A DNA stretch of 64,000 bases from Octopus sinensis (Eukaryota): assembly GCF_006345805.1 (NCBI RefSeq), contig NW_021832970.1, forward strand, positions 1 through 64,000, written 5' to 3'. A program made the position numbers and the translations under genes. The notes beneath the pieces were generated by a model. That model saw nothing but the letters and a program-made list of their open reading frames with translations. It was not told the DNA's origin and ran no database searches. Shown one piece after another: positions 11,322 to 23,700 of the stretch (its first letter is position 1; every line of letters starts with the position of its first letter).

Positions 11322-12120
11322 CACGCGCGCGCGCACACACACACACACACCACAGATGCGTGTGCGCACATCCGCCCACTCACACAAGCACACACTCCCA
11401 CACACGTATTTTTTGTACTTTAAGAGATTCATAACACCAATGCACTAGTTGTATTTTACTTCAATTTAATTGTCAATTAATTACATAATTGGTTAATTAA
11501 TATATGATCTAATTAGTTGATTAATTGGTTTGTTAATGTTCTTTCGTGAAAACATCTGGCCTAATTGATGTCGATGTGTCCATCCCCTCCCTTTCTGTAC
11601 CGTATCCCCCGAGGTTGTTAACCAGTATATGTAGAGTTGTTATGATCATAGATCCGTACTGCTTGGTTCCTGGATTAAGAAGTGTTGTTATGTCGTTGTT
11701 TTACAATTATGAAGAGGGTTTTGTAACCTTAGTGATTCACCAATACAAGGGGCATTGCTATGCTATTCTTTCGCCAATGTCGGGTGTGTTATTACGTGTG
11801 TATTTCACCAAATAAAAAAAAAAGGGTTGTTATATGAATGTTTTACAAATACAAGGATTTGTTGAGGCAGGTTTGGGTAATTAGCTAAGTAGCGCAATCA
11901 TGTGTTCCCGGATTCGATTTCAGTGCTTCACGTTATGTTCTAGTGTCGACCCAATCTTTGGGCGTGAAACCCTATTGGCGGAAACTGTGTATCGTGCTGA
12001 TTCTGGTTAGGGATCGCGTTAAGGGTAGACGTGTTTATGGAGTACTCAGTCATTTATATGTTAATTCTAACGAGTCAGGCGTCAAATTGCTCGAACAACT
12101 GAGTGCTCGTCGTCAATAGC

Positions 12121-12538
12121 GGCGTGGGAGTGGCTGTGTGGAAAGTAGCTTGCTTACCAACTACATGATTCCGGGTTCAGTCCCACTGTGCGGCACCTTG
12201 GGCAAGTGTCTTCTACTATAGCCTCGGGCCGACCAAAGCCTTGTGAGTGGATTTGGTAGACGGAAACTGAAAGCAGCCCGTCATATATATATATATGTAT
12301 GCTTGTGTGTGTGGTGTGTGTGTGTATACGTTTGTGTGTCTGTGTTTGTCCCCCAACATCGCTTGACAACCGATGCTGGTGTGTTACGTCCCCATAACTT
12401 AGTGGTTCGGCAAAAGATACCGATAGAATAAGTACTTGGTTTACAAAGAATAAGTCCCGGGGTCGATTTGCTCGACTAAAGGCGGTGCTCCAGCATGGCC
12501 ACAGTCAAATGACTGAAACAAGTAAAAGAGTAAAGAGT
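12121..12538 (+). mobile_element. SINE family A, full length
   Basis: Head to tail matches the 15728 copy. Confidence 0.92.
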
Positions 12539-12599
12539 ATTAATGTAAGAAGTATTGTTATGTGAAAATTTCTTTAAAATCACAGTGCTATTATATCAA

Positions 12600-12790
12600 T
12601 GCTAAAATCGTTAGCATGCTGGACAAAAGTCTTTATGTGATGAATTCAAATTCCGCTGAGGTCGATTTTGCCTCTCGTCCTTTCGGGATCAATAAAAAAG
12701 TACCAACTGAGCACTGAGGTCGATGTCATTGATGAGCCATCACCGCCACCACACAAATTTCAGGCCTTGTGCCTATAATAGAAAGAATTA
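12600..12790 (+). mobile_element. SINE family B, diverged, tail-2 type
   Basis: gaattcaaattccgctgaggtcgattttgcctctcgtcctttcggg...ggccttgtgcctataatagaaag. Confidence 0.75.
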
Positions 12791-12864
12791 TGTCAATGCC
12801 ATACCATCAGAAAGAGAGTTGCAGCTTCGGTGGTTTACTAATACCGTGAGTAGAGTACTTCATA

Positions 12865-13020
12865 ACCTCAGCGCAACACCAAGACTTGATGCGTGACTAA
12901 GTCGTTAGCATTTTGGTTTCACAATCATGAGACCATCGGTTCGTCCCTTGGACCGAACAGTGTGTTACGTCCTTGAGCAAGGCACTTCATTTCATGTTGC
13001 TCCAATTTATTTAGCCCTCT
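12865..13020 (+). mobile_element. SINE family C, diverged
   Basis: tgtgttacgtccttgagcaaggcacttcatttcatgttgctcc. Confidence 0.6.
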
Positions 13021-14856
13021 CCTCCTTCCAACAGTCACATCTTCGATCTTCTGCTGAATACTGTCTAATATCGGCAGTCAAAGTCCCGGATGCTGGCACT
13101 GTACTGGTCGACGGGATTAACTCTGCTACACCTTGTAGGCCTTCGTGGGGTTCGAACTCAGAACGCAAAGAACCGAAACAAAACCACATGATATCTATTC
13201 CGTCCGGCTTCCTACAGTTCCACCGATACTTTGAAAGTCGAGAAGGGTGTCTGTGCTTACGACTATATAGGCAGCTACGAAAAATATTTAGCGAAAGCAT
13301 GGTACATGTTACCTTGTCTTAATCCCAAGAATGTTGCTACGTTAGTGTTTTAATATCACAGTGGAGTGGGGGAGGGGAGTGTTTGCTACCAGAATAATTC
13401 TTCAAAAGAAAAATAGCGGTTGTTATATTAGAAGTGTTGTTACAACTATAAACATGGTATTGTTGATATTTTCGATATTATTAAGTAGATGTTGATAACA
13501 AAGAGGAAACCATTGTCAACGGAGACGGCGACGTGGGTCATGGAAGAGGTTGAGATTGCGAAAACTAAAATGAGGGGAGATTTTTGATGGCTTCGTCTAA
13601 AAAAAAAATAAATGTCACTGTTTTGTTTTTTCCTTCTTGCAGAGGGAGATGTCATACATTTTCCATTTTTATTTATTTTATTAATGTATATTATTTGCAA
13701 ACAAACCAAAAAAAAAATGAATGATTGATACACCAATTCTTTCTTTCTTCCTTTCTTTTTTTTAATTAACGCAGCTAAAAGAAGAAAAAAATAGGAGAAA
13801 CAAGCAAAAAAAAAAAGACAAAATGAATACGAAACGTTAAAAGTAAAAACAAAAAAAAAACACGCGGGAAGGATTTTGAAAAATGTCTTATATCATGGAA
13901 TGGTGTTTTGTCATATGAAAACATCAATTCTTGCTTCTTCGTTGCTTTCTTTCATTCCCCGTTTGTTTATTTCTTTATTTTTATTCTTTTAGCTTTTCTT
14001 TTTTTTGGTTTTCTTATCCCGACAAAGTAAAACTATCCCAGTTTTAGACGAATGTGCGTATTTGTGTAGTGAGAGAGCAAACATACATTCCAATACACAC
14101 ACATACACACACAGACACACACAGACACACACACACACACCACACACACACACACACACTCTGAGAAATGCGAACGTAAACTGTCCATCGCTCTAATCCC
14201 AAACGCAATTTATTTTTCTGTATGTATGTATGTTTGTGTGGATGTATGTATGTGCCTCTGTATGTGTGTGTGTGCATGGATGTGCGTGCGCGCGTGTGTG
14301 TGTGTATGTGCGTGTGTGTGCGTGTGTGTATGCTACAGTTTTATAAGGTCGAAGAAGGAATCCAAATTGCTAGCGTTGCTGCCAACGATTTCAAAATCTC
14401 TGTTTTAAGGAAGAAAATACTGAGGAAAAAGTGTGAGAGGCGGGGAGTGAAAAGAAGGAGACGAGCATCATTAATATGCAGTGCTGGGTATTAAAAATTC
14501 TTTCTACCAGTTTTACTGATGTGTCTGTGATTCATACTGTCCGAGATTTGCGTCACATTTTCGTAAAGCATAACTCGTAAAAGAATTTGAACTTAATGCC
14601 GCAAAAATTGCGAAACCGTCGTTAATGAAACAATGTTCCCACCGCGTGCAATACTTCATTGCATTTAGGCTATGGTTATTGTTGTTGTTGTTTCATTTGT
14701 CATTCAATCCTAGATAAATCTTGATTGAATAGACCTATTATAATAGGTCTACAAGGTTTTTGATGTGTAGGAAATAGACATCATACCTATATAAAATCGG
14801 TCTCCTAAATCCAAATATAACCTTCTTTTTGACCTATCAGAGCTAGTTTTTAAGTT

Positions 14857-15727
14857 ACTGAGCCCTATAATCACGTGGACGACTGCTATTCTTGTAACCT
14901 GAATTCGAAGGGTATTAACCAGAAAAATCGACAAACGGTTGTCTATCCTAATCTTACCTCTGCTTTTAGACCGGTTCCACACAATGAAGAGCTTCCTGTT
15001 CCTGTCTTCAATGTCTTCCCTCAGATAACTTTACCCTCAAACAAAGAAGACACTAGAGATCAAGATTTTTCAGTGGAGACTTTACCTCAGCCATTCCCCC
15101 AGGTAGAGCTGGATGATCTAGTTCATGACTTGAACCTCCCCAAAAATTCTGCTGAACTGTTGGCTTCCCGACTGAAAGAGAACAATCTTTTGGAGAATGG
15201 TGTCCGTAAAATGTCTTTATCGGAGTCGGCATGAAGAGGAGAAGCTTATTTACTGCAGAGAAGTCAATGGGCTTCTTAATAAACTTGGCATTGAGGAATA
15301 CAAACCAGAAGAACGGCATCTTTTCATTAACAGCTCTAAACGTAGTTTAGAATGTGTATTGTTGTACAACAGAAATGTGTACGGCTCTGTCCCACTCGGC
15401 CACTCAACAACTCTGAAGAAATTAAGTTGGTTTTAGGAAAGATACTGTATCATGATCATAAATAGGTCATCTGCGCTGACTTAAAGATGGTGAAGTTTTT
15501 CATGGAACAGTAATCTGGTTATACCAAATACCCATGCTTTATTTGCATGTAGGACAGTAGAGACCGAATAAACCACTATGTTGGCCGCCTCGAACAAATA
15601 TGGCTCCATGTAGAGTTGCCAATATATTGGAAGAACCTTTAGTTGAGCGAGATAAGATCATTCCCCACCCCCTTTGCACATCAAACTTGGATTGTTTAAG
15701 CAATTCGTCAAAGCTCTTAACAAAAAT
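14857..15727 (+). pseudogene. Decayed CMC-superfamily (Chapaev3-like) DDE transposase, N-terminal part
   Basis: NHVDDCY..YPNLTSAFRPVPH, LDDLVHDLNLPKNSAELLASRLKENNLL, LFINSSKRSLECVLL, CADLKMV, GYTKYPCFICM.DSR, PPLHIKLGLFKQFVKAL; the C(2)C and LH signatures fit CACTA/Mirage/Chapaev; many stops and frameshifts. Confidence 0.75.
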
Positions 15728-15899
15728 AGGCGCAGGAGTGGCTGTGTGGTAAGTAGCTTCTTTACCAACCACATGGTTCCGGGTTCAGTCCAACTGCGTG
15801 GCACCTTGGGCAAGTGTCTTCTACTATAGCCTCGGGCCGACCAAAGCCTTGTGAGTGGATTTGGTAGAAGGAAACTGAAAGAAGCCCGTCGTATATATG

Positions 15900-15956
<57 letters not shown>

Positions 15957-16160
15957 TGTCTGTGTTTGTACCCCTAGCATTGCTTGACAACCGATGCTGG
16001 TGTGTTTATGTCCCCGTTACTTAGCGGTTCGGCAAAAGAGACCGATAGGATAAGTACTGGGCTTACAAAAGAATAAGTCCTGGGGTCGAGATGCTCGATT
16101 AAAGGCGGTGCTCCAGCATGGCCGCAGTCAAATGACTGAAACAAGTAAAAGAGTAAAAGA
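15728..16160 (+). mobile_element. SINE family A, full length, nested in the transposase
   Basis: Complete head, microsatellite and tail; the transposase reading continues on both sides. Confidence 0.95.
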
Positions 16161-16400
16161 GAGAGTGCTTCAAGTATATCTGCAGTGTATTTCCAGACTT
16201 GACGATTGAAAAACAAAGCAGGTAATTTTGATGGAGCACAGATCGATAAGCTCTTGAAGGACACAAATATCGAGAAAACGACGAGCGAAAATAAAGCACC
16301 AGCTTGGCCAGTCTTTGCAGAAGTAGGGCAAAATTTCCCTGGGAAACACAAAAGTGAAAACTATAAAGACCTTCGACAACGTCAGAGCAACACAACCCCA
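16161..16400 (+). pseudogene. Chapaev3-like transposase, continuation after the SINE
   Basis: ECFKYICSVFPDLTIEK/KAGNFDGAQIDKLLKD..AW.VF..V.QNFPGKHKSENYKDL. Confidence 0.75.
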
Positions 16401-16462
16401 CACCGTTTGCCTTTTGAAGAATCATACAAGAGCTCGGAATCTCCCAGTAAAAGGTATCAGAA

Positions 16463-16701
16463 AAGGCGGCGAGCTGGCAGAAACGTTAGCACGCCGGGCG
16501 AAATGCGTAGCCGTATTTCGTCTGTCGTTACGTTGTGAGTTCAAATTCCGCCGAGGTCGACTTTGCCTTTCATCCTTTCGGAGTCGATAAATTAAGTACC
16601 AGCTATGCACTGGGGTCGATGTAATCGACTTAATACCTATGTCTGTCCTTGTTTGTCCCCTCTATGTTTAGCCCCTTGTGGGTAATAAAGAAATAGGTAT
16701 C
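16463..16701 (+). mobile_element. SINE family B, full length, tail-1 type
   Basis: aaggcggcgagctggcagaaacgttagcacg...ccccttgtgggtaataaagaaataggt. Confidence 0.95.
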
Positions 16702-17129
16702 AGGTACAATTTGGTTCTGTATTTTCAACAAAGCTTCCACTCACATCATTTGAAAGTTCTTTTTAAATCATAATAATAAAAAAAAAATGAAAATGCGTTT
16801 TATAATTTGAATTAAATGCTCAAAAATAAAACAATTTACTGTTTCATTTTCAATTAAATCGTTTTAAAATGAAAACATGATTTTAAAATGTGTAAAAAAA
16901 AATTATTAAAGAGAAAGAGTATAAGGGTTTATGAATGCAGTTCAAAACTTTAGACTGTAGAGAAAACTACACTTGCTTAAGGACTTGTGCCCCAGTCTAA
17001 AGAAAGAAAAGAAAATGCTCATGTCCTTCGAGAGCACGACTCCCTTCATTGCTGTGAACCGATGAAAAGATAACAACTAATAATTCTCCGCTCAGTCGAC
17101 CAGTCGTCATTCTCACTGCACATTTATGT

Positions 17130-17665
17130 AAACAAACTACTTCATACACAAACATACATACAGTACAGGCAAACGCATCGACCGGCGCATATAGACACAC
17201 ATACACACATACACACATACACACTGCACACATAGACACATAAACAGACACAGAGAGACACGTACAGACACTGCACTCAAACACTGCCGCGCGCAAACAC
17301 ACTCGTACAGAGCGCGTACAGATATACATTTACACGACACACAAATATATAACAGCAGACACATATAAAGACAGTATACGCAAACATATAGACAGATGCA
17401 CATAAAACATACATATACACACTATAAAATACAAACACAGTGACACACACATACACTGCACGCACACACAAATACACACACACAGGCCAGGCGCATATAA
17501 TCATTGCGTACAAACACATAGATGCACAGAAATACCCATACACATACAAATACATATATACCATATACGCAGCACACACTAGCATAAACAGACATATATA
17601 CACAGCACAGAACCACATAGACACACACATACACATACGCACATGTATACACATTTAAGATACAC
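17130..17665. repeat. Degenerate CA-rich low-complexity tract
   Basis: Direct reading. Confidence 0.85.
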
Positions 17666-18029
17666 ACGTAATTTTACAGGAAAACAAATAGAAAGTTGGG
17701 ACGGTTTGTCATAAGCAAATCAAGACAAAATGTCTATATAGAGAAGATATGAGCATTGGCCAATAGCATCTGCTAAAATAAACAAGACCTTTTCAACGAT
17801 GTCAACTTAAGACGTTAGTAAATAGAAGCTGACATGGCTTCTAAGCTCTCTTGATTGCTGGCAAATCGTCGTCAATATGGCCAAAGGTAAGACGGTCTCT
17901 ATGTTCAACCCAACTACATCCACCCAACCAAAAAGATATCGTTGTTAGACAACCGTAATAAGCACTCTTTCAAATAATTGATACAAAACGAGTAATTTTT
18001 AAAGGAGGCTGCTAATTGATTAGAGTGTC

Positions 18030-18224
18030 ATTCTGCCACCACCACCCCATCCTCAGTGTTCAAGTGGTACTTAATTTATCCACCACCCCCGCCACACCCC
18101 ACAACCACAACCGAAAGGATGAAAGCCAAAGTCGACCTTGGTGGAATCTGATCGCAAAATGTAAGTCAGGAAGAAAAGAAATACCACTAAACATTTTATA
18201 CGGCATGCTAACGTTTCTATCAAC
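18030..18224 (-). mobile_element. SINE family B, diverged
   Basis: ccgaaaggatgaaagccaaagtcgaccttggtggaat...catgctaacgtttct. Confidence 0.75.
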
Positions 18225-18226
18225 TC

Positions 18227-18271
<45 letters not shown>

Positions 18272-18309
18272 TAATAATGATAATAATAATAATAATAATG
18301 ATAATAATA

Positions 18310-18867
18310 AAATGCCCTGATGCAGTGCCAGGCATTGGCTCACGTGGCTTCTGATCTTAACTGATTGGAAGTGTTATCATGTCCATTGTTTTGTCTTGGT
18401 ATAAAAGATGGGCTACAGCAAATATTCTGCTCAATACCACAGATTTGCTTGTCAGTTGTTTGACCTTAACCAGTTGAGCATGTCCCTTAGTGGCTAACGA
18501 TATGTGCATCTCTGATCATGAGCAGAAGTCGTGGGGGAGCATCATAGCCGTGCGTTAAGGGGAATGCTTTGGGGTTTGGATAATTCACCTTTAGAAACAT
18601 GGGTGTTTCATCCAGCATCCTTAAACAATCCTTATTCAGGGACCTTTTGAGCGGGATGGGCTACTCGACCAGAAGAAAATTCTAACTGGGCCCCACCTGA
18701 AAGGTCATGCGCTGTTTATCTTGATATGAGATCACCATATCGTGCACATATGGTTGTGATGCATGTGCCTGGTGTACCCTTATCAGACGGGTAGTCATGA
18801 TGAGTATACTGGGCTTCGTATATTTTACCCCAGTGTCACTTTGATGGCATGCACTGCTCTCTCACTC
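18310..18867. mobile_element. 558-bp non-coding insert embedded in an (AAT)n array; probable non-autonomous retroelement
   Basis: Complex sequence with sharp borders, bounded on both sides by same-strand AAT repeats (18225-18309 and 18868-18927); no ORF. Only one copy in the window. Confidence 0.55.
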
Positions 18868-18917
<50 letters not shown>

Positions 18918-18927
18918 CAATAATAAT

Positions 18928-19140
18928 GGCTTCAAATTTTGCAACAAGGGCAACCATTTGGGGTAAGAGGTGATGAGTCGATTACATCGACCCCAGTGTT
19001 CAACTGATGCTTATTTTATCGACCCCGAAAGGATGAAAGGCAAAGTCGACCTCGGCAGAATTTGAACTCAGAACCCGCGGACGGAAGAAATGCCGTTAAG
19101 CATTTTGCTTGGTGTGCTGGCGATTCTGCCAGTTCGCAGC
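18928..19140 (-). mobile_element. SINE family B, tail-2 type, ending in (ATT)n
   Basis: atcgaccccgaaaggatgaaaggcaaagtcgacctcggcagaatttgaactcagaac. Confidence 0.9.
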
Positions 19141-19419
19141 CTTCATGAAATAATAATAATGATTTCAAATTTTGACACAAGGCCATCCAGATACTGGTTG
19201 GAATCTCCGAAAAAACACCCACCTCATTGAGAAGCCGGAGATCTTGATTGTGCTTGTTTCTGGGACTACTTGGTGTTGTAGGTGAGAGTCTTGGAGAAGC
19301 TGTGCAAACTGTTATTGATTTGAAATGTCAGCACGAGTATTGCTGACAGCCATTATCATTAACATCTAGGGTAAAATAATTTGTCAGAGATGGTCATACT
19401 TGTCTACGAGTTGACAGCC

Positions 19420-19600
19420 ACGAGGTACATGAAGCCTAGTTACAACTACAGCCGGCTACTGTTGGTAACGGTTTTAGCTGCCAATTCTGTACAAGACACT
19501 GTAGATCTTTAGCTGGGCTAAAAAGTCACATTCGATCACAGCACCAATAACAGTTAAGCTTCGTGCAATGGCCATACTCGATAACGAGGGGGCAGTCATC
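19420..19600 (+). mobile_element. RTE-like LINE 3' end with a terminal C2H2 finger, followed by (ATGT)n
   Basis: 19473-19550 reads FSCQFCTRHCRSLAGLKSHIRSQHQ*; near-identical to 50360-50530. Confidence 0.65.
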
Positions 19601-19650
19601 ATGTATGTATGTATGTATGTATGTATGTATGTATGTATGTATGTATGTAT

Positions 19651-19875
19651 GAGAGTGCACGGCCTACTGGTTATGGTGTAGCACTTACGATCGCGAGGTT
19701 GTAGTTTCAATTCCCGAACTGGATGGCGAGTTGTGTTCTTGAGCAAAACACTTCATCTCATGATACTCTGCGATCACTTCGACACCTGATTTGTGGTACA
19801 CTGTGCACCTGTTCAGGTAACGTCGGTTTGATGGAGAGAGTGAGCTTACATACAGTACAAGCATTTGATCACTAT
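19651..19875 (+). mobile_element. SINE family C variant
   Basis: tRNA-like head, then gttgtgttcttgagcaaaacacttcatc. Confidence 0.75.
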
Positions 19876-20179
19876 AAACAAATCATTTGTGCATCTTGTT
19901 GGAAAAAAAATCACAGAACCGTCTTTCTCGGACGAGGAGAGAAAAACCATCACTGAAGTGTGTATGTATGGTTTGCCGGGTAACCCCCGAGGTAAATGGT
20001 CATTAATAGACTACGTTTCAGGTAAACACCCAAGAGATGTCGACACTTGAGATACATATTCACTGATTGGCTAAGTGCCGGAGCAGAGTTAATTAATAGC
20101 TAATAACATAAATAGATATTGATAGCCCAAATACGAGGCTACCGACAAAGATAAAAGAGATAGGGCTACAACTGAGCTG

Positions 20180-21275
20180 AATAGAGGTGGCGGTGGTGGG
20201 GACTTGGATGGGGTGATGATAGAGATGATGATGATGATGATGATTGATGATGATAGGGGTGGTATTAATGATGGTGGGATGGCGGCGGTGGTGATGGTGG
20301 TGATCATGATGATGACGATGATAGCGTAGCGATGGTCGAGTTGGCGTTAGTGATGAAGTTGATAAAAATAGTAACATTAGACGAAAGAGGAGTTGTTGAT
20401 GATGTTTGAGATAATGGTGGTGGTAATGATGATGATGATGATGACGATGATGGTGATGATGATGACGATGATGGTGATGATGATGACGATGATGGTGATG
20501 ATGATGACGATGATGATGATGATGATGACGATGATGATGATGACGATGATGACGATGATGATGGTGCAGGTGGTGGTGGTGGTGGTGATGCTGCAGCTAC
20601 TGGTCCTATTGACGAAAGAGCAGACGGAACGGGGACGAGGGAGGATTAAAAAAAAAAAGGGGGATAGAAGATATGGATGGAGGGATAGAGGGATGGGGGG
20701 TAGCGGCGGGACGAAGGCTTCATGCGATATCATTGCTAACGATGTTTTAATTATTGTAAACAATCTCAACAACAGTTTCAATTACTACAACAACTACTAC
20801 TACTATTACTATAACAACAACTACTACTACAACTTCTACTACTACTACTACTACCACCACTACTACCACCACCACCACCACTACCACCATCACCACCACT
20901 ATTACCACCACAACCACTACTACTACACCACCACTACTACCACCACCACCACCACTACCACCATCACCACCACTATTACCACCACAACCACTACTACTAC
21001 CACCACCACTACTACTACATCTACAAGTACTACACTACTACAACTACTATTTCTACTACATCAACTGCTACTATTATAGCTACCACAAATACAACTACAA
21101 CCGTAACTACTACCGCCACCAACACCACCACCACAACAACAACAGCAACTACTACTACTACTACTACTACTACAGTTGCTGCTATCAGTTATACTGCTAT
21201 TATTGTTACTACTACTACAGTTACGGCTGCTACTATTACTACTGCTACTACAGACACAATAACTACTACTACTGT

Positions 21276-21314
<39 letters not shown>

Positions 21315-21318
21315 CTCC
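20180..21318. repeat. Trinucleotide low-complexity field: (GAT/GAC/GGT)n then (CAC/TAC)n
   Basis: Direct reading; it produces the poly-M/T/H/Y ORF 20393-21079. Confidence 0.95.
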
Positions 21319-21725
21319 ACCACACTCCGGTGGATCGGTTGCTCTGCACGAGTGCCAAGCGAGAAACTGATACCCACAATTAGTCTATAGCAAGATTAAA
21401 TGTTTTTTTTGTTTTTTTCTAAATCAGTCGAGATAAGAGAGAGAAACTGCAGCTGTTTATTTGTGGGCCCCTTTAAAGGGAACATACCAGAATAGAAAAA
21501 ACAATGCAGCAGGGAGTCAAAAGACCCCTTCACTGAATTGTATACAATCCCTTGACTTTATTTTATTTCATTTTTAGACAACTTAGCAGGAGTTCTGTTT
21601 GCTTTTGACAGCCACCGATTTGTTTCTGGAGTGTTCTCTGGTATTTAATAGAAATTTTAGGAGTATGTGACTGTCTTTTGGACAGATATAGTGGGTTGAT
21701 TATTCGCGTTGCGCGTAGATGTTGA

Positions 21726-21759
<34 letters not shown>

Positions 21760-22294
21760 GGACAGACAAACAGACAAACAGACAGACAGGCAGACAGACA
21801 GACAGACAGACAGATAGATAGATAGATAGATAAGCAGACAGACAGACAGATAGATAGATAGATAGATAGATAGGTTTCCATTGCTTCGATTTCCGATTAA
21901 TATCGGGTACCTTTAATACAGGGTACCAGGCTGATTTCGAACCTGTCTCGCACACAACTTAACATGTTACTAGGGCAGTGTTTCTGTCTTTTTTGTTTCT
22001 TCATCTTTTTAGTATCCCAGATGTCACCAAAATGTTCAAAATTTTTACTTTTCATATCCAATGCGCTTCGCCTGTTGTCTCTCTTCAGCAAGACTCTGCT
22101 CTTCTAACGATTTCGACAATAGTTGCTTTACCTCAGTACTCGTCTTTTATCGCTCATCTTTTACTGAAACAAAACCTTGAGGAACAAATCGACCACAGTA
22201 CTTGTCTTTTAAAGCCGAATACTTATTCTGTAGAAACGCTATGTTATAGGAGTGTAAACAAACCAACACTGGTTGTCAAAACCCGCACCTATAC

Positions 22295-22930
22295 ATACAG
22301 TGTGAATGCACGTGGCTGAGGTCACATTGGAGACAGAGTCTCTAGAATTGAATGCGGTGGCCATTAGGAAGACCAGCGTTTCCGATCCACAAGCCTTTAT
22401 TTCCATTTTCAGTGGATATGAAATTTATTTATTTCCAAGTTGACAGGGATTGGGAGGCAGAAATGTTGTGTTGTTTAAGAATGGTCTAGATTTCACGAGA
22501 CGGACCACCTTCTTCGGTACCTAAAGTAAGTTGGCGGTCGTGGATGTAAACAACAGCGAGAAGGGTGTCTTTATATTATTATCAGTTTATGTTCCGACAG
22601 GGACGGGGCAGCGGCGTTTCTTAAAGTATATGGCGGTTTTTCAAGGAATGTTTTGCTCTGGGCAACTAGAACTCCATCTTGGATGCACGTTTGGATTGTG
22701 GGGCTAACTGATCAGAGACGATGTACAATAGCGTTTCAAATCTGCTTAGACGTTTCCAGTTACTTGACAGGTGCCGACTGAATTATGTGTATGTGCTAAT
22801 TTGGACATGGACAAACGACATCCGAATTGTACCTTGATAGAATAATTTGTAGGCCGGTAAGTAAAGATATCATATGATGTCGACAATTTGTGATCTATAC
22901 AGTCGACCAAGATATGCGTCGTTGACACGC
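22295..22930 (+). pseudogene. Decayed APE endonuclease domain of an L1/Tx1-clade LINE ORF2
   Basis: Multi-frame reading gives VNARG, FSGYEIYL, GGRNVVLFKNGLD, KLAVVDVNN, LSVYVPTG, NSILDARLD, IWTWTN, YLDRII; motif order matches L1/Tx1 endonucleases. Confidence 0.7.
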
Positions 22931-22960
22931 CAAGCTGACAGAATTATTATTATTTTTATT

Positions 22961-23700
22961 AAGGCGGCGAACTGGCAGAATCGTTAGCAAGCCAGGCGAA
23001 ATGCTTAGTGGTATTTCGTCTGTCGTTACGTTCTGAGTTCAAATTCCGCCGAGGTCGAATTTGCCTTTCATAAATTAAGTACCAGTTGCGTACTGGGGTC
23101 GATGTTATCAATTCATACCCTCCCCCAAAATTTCAGGCCTTGTGCCTATAATAGAAAGGATTATTATTATTTTAATTGTTACTTTAAGACTGAGCGCTGG
23201 TTAGCATGCCGGATAAAATGCTTAGCGGCATTTCGTCCGTCTTTACGGAGTTGGCAGAATCGTAACCGCTTCAGGAAATACGCTCTGCAGCATTACTTCT
23301 GGCTTATATATTCTGAGATCAAATTCCACTAAATTTTATCTTTTTCTCATCCATTTGGAGTCGATTAAATAAGCACCAGTTCAATGCTGAGTCGATGTAA
23401 CCGACTTAGACCATCCACCCCGCCCGACCTTGCTGGTCTTGTGCCAAAATTAGAAACCGAGCTGTTAGAATCGTTAGCACGCCGGGTGGAATGATTAGCG
23501 GTATATTGTTTGCCGCTATGTTCTAAGTACAAATTCCGCCGAGATCGACTTTGCCTTTCATCCTTTCGGGGTCAATAAATTAAGTACCAGTTACGCACTG
23601 GGGTCGATGTAATCGACTTAATCCCTTTGTCTGTCCTTGTTTGTTCCCTCTATGTTTAGCCCCTTGTGGGCAATAAAGAAATAAGAATCGTTAGCACGGA
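22961..23700 (+). mobile_element. Cluster of three SINE family B copies (about 22961-23160, 23190-23460, 23465-23700)
   Basis: The B core is repeated three times; the last copy ends in tail 1 fused to the start of another head (aagaaataagaatcgttagcacg). Confidence 0.88.

Noticed and set aside
16463-16560. tRNA genes at the SINE heads
   Set aside because: A/B-box-like motifs are present, but no complete cloverleaf could be drawn and each continues into a SINE body.
17824-17896. Possible exon ending in a strong donor (aag|gtaaga)
   Set aside because: No pyrimidine tract at the nearest acceptor and no recognisable peptide.
20393-21079. 228-aa Met/Thr/His/Tyr-rich ORF
   Set aside because: Pure trinucleotide repeats.
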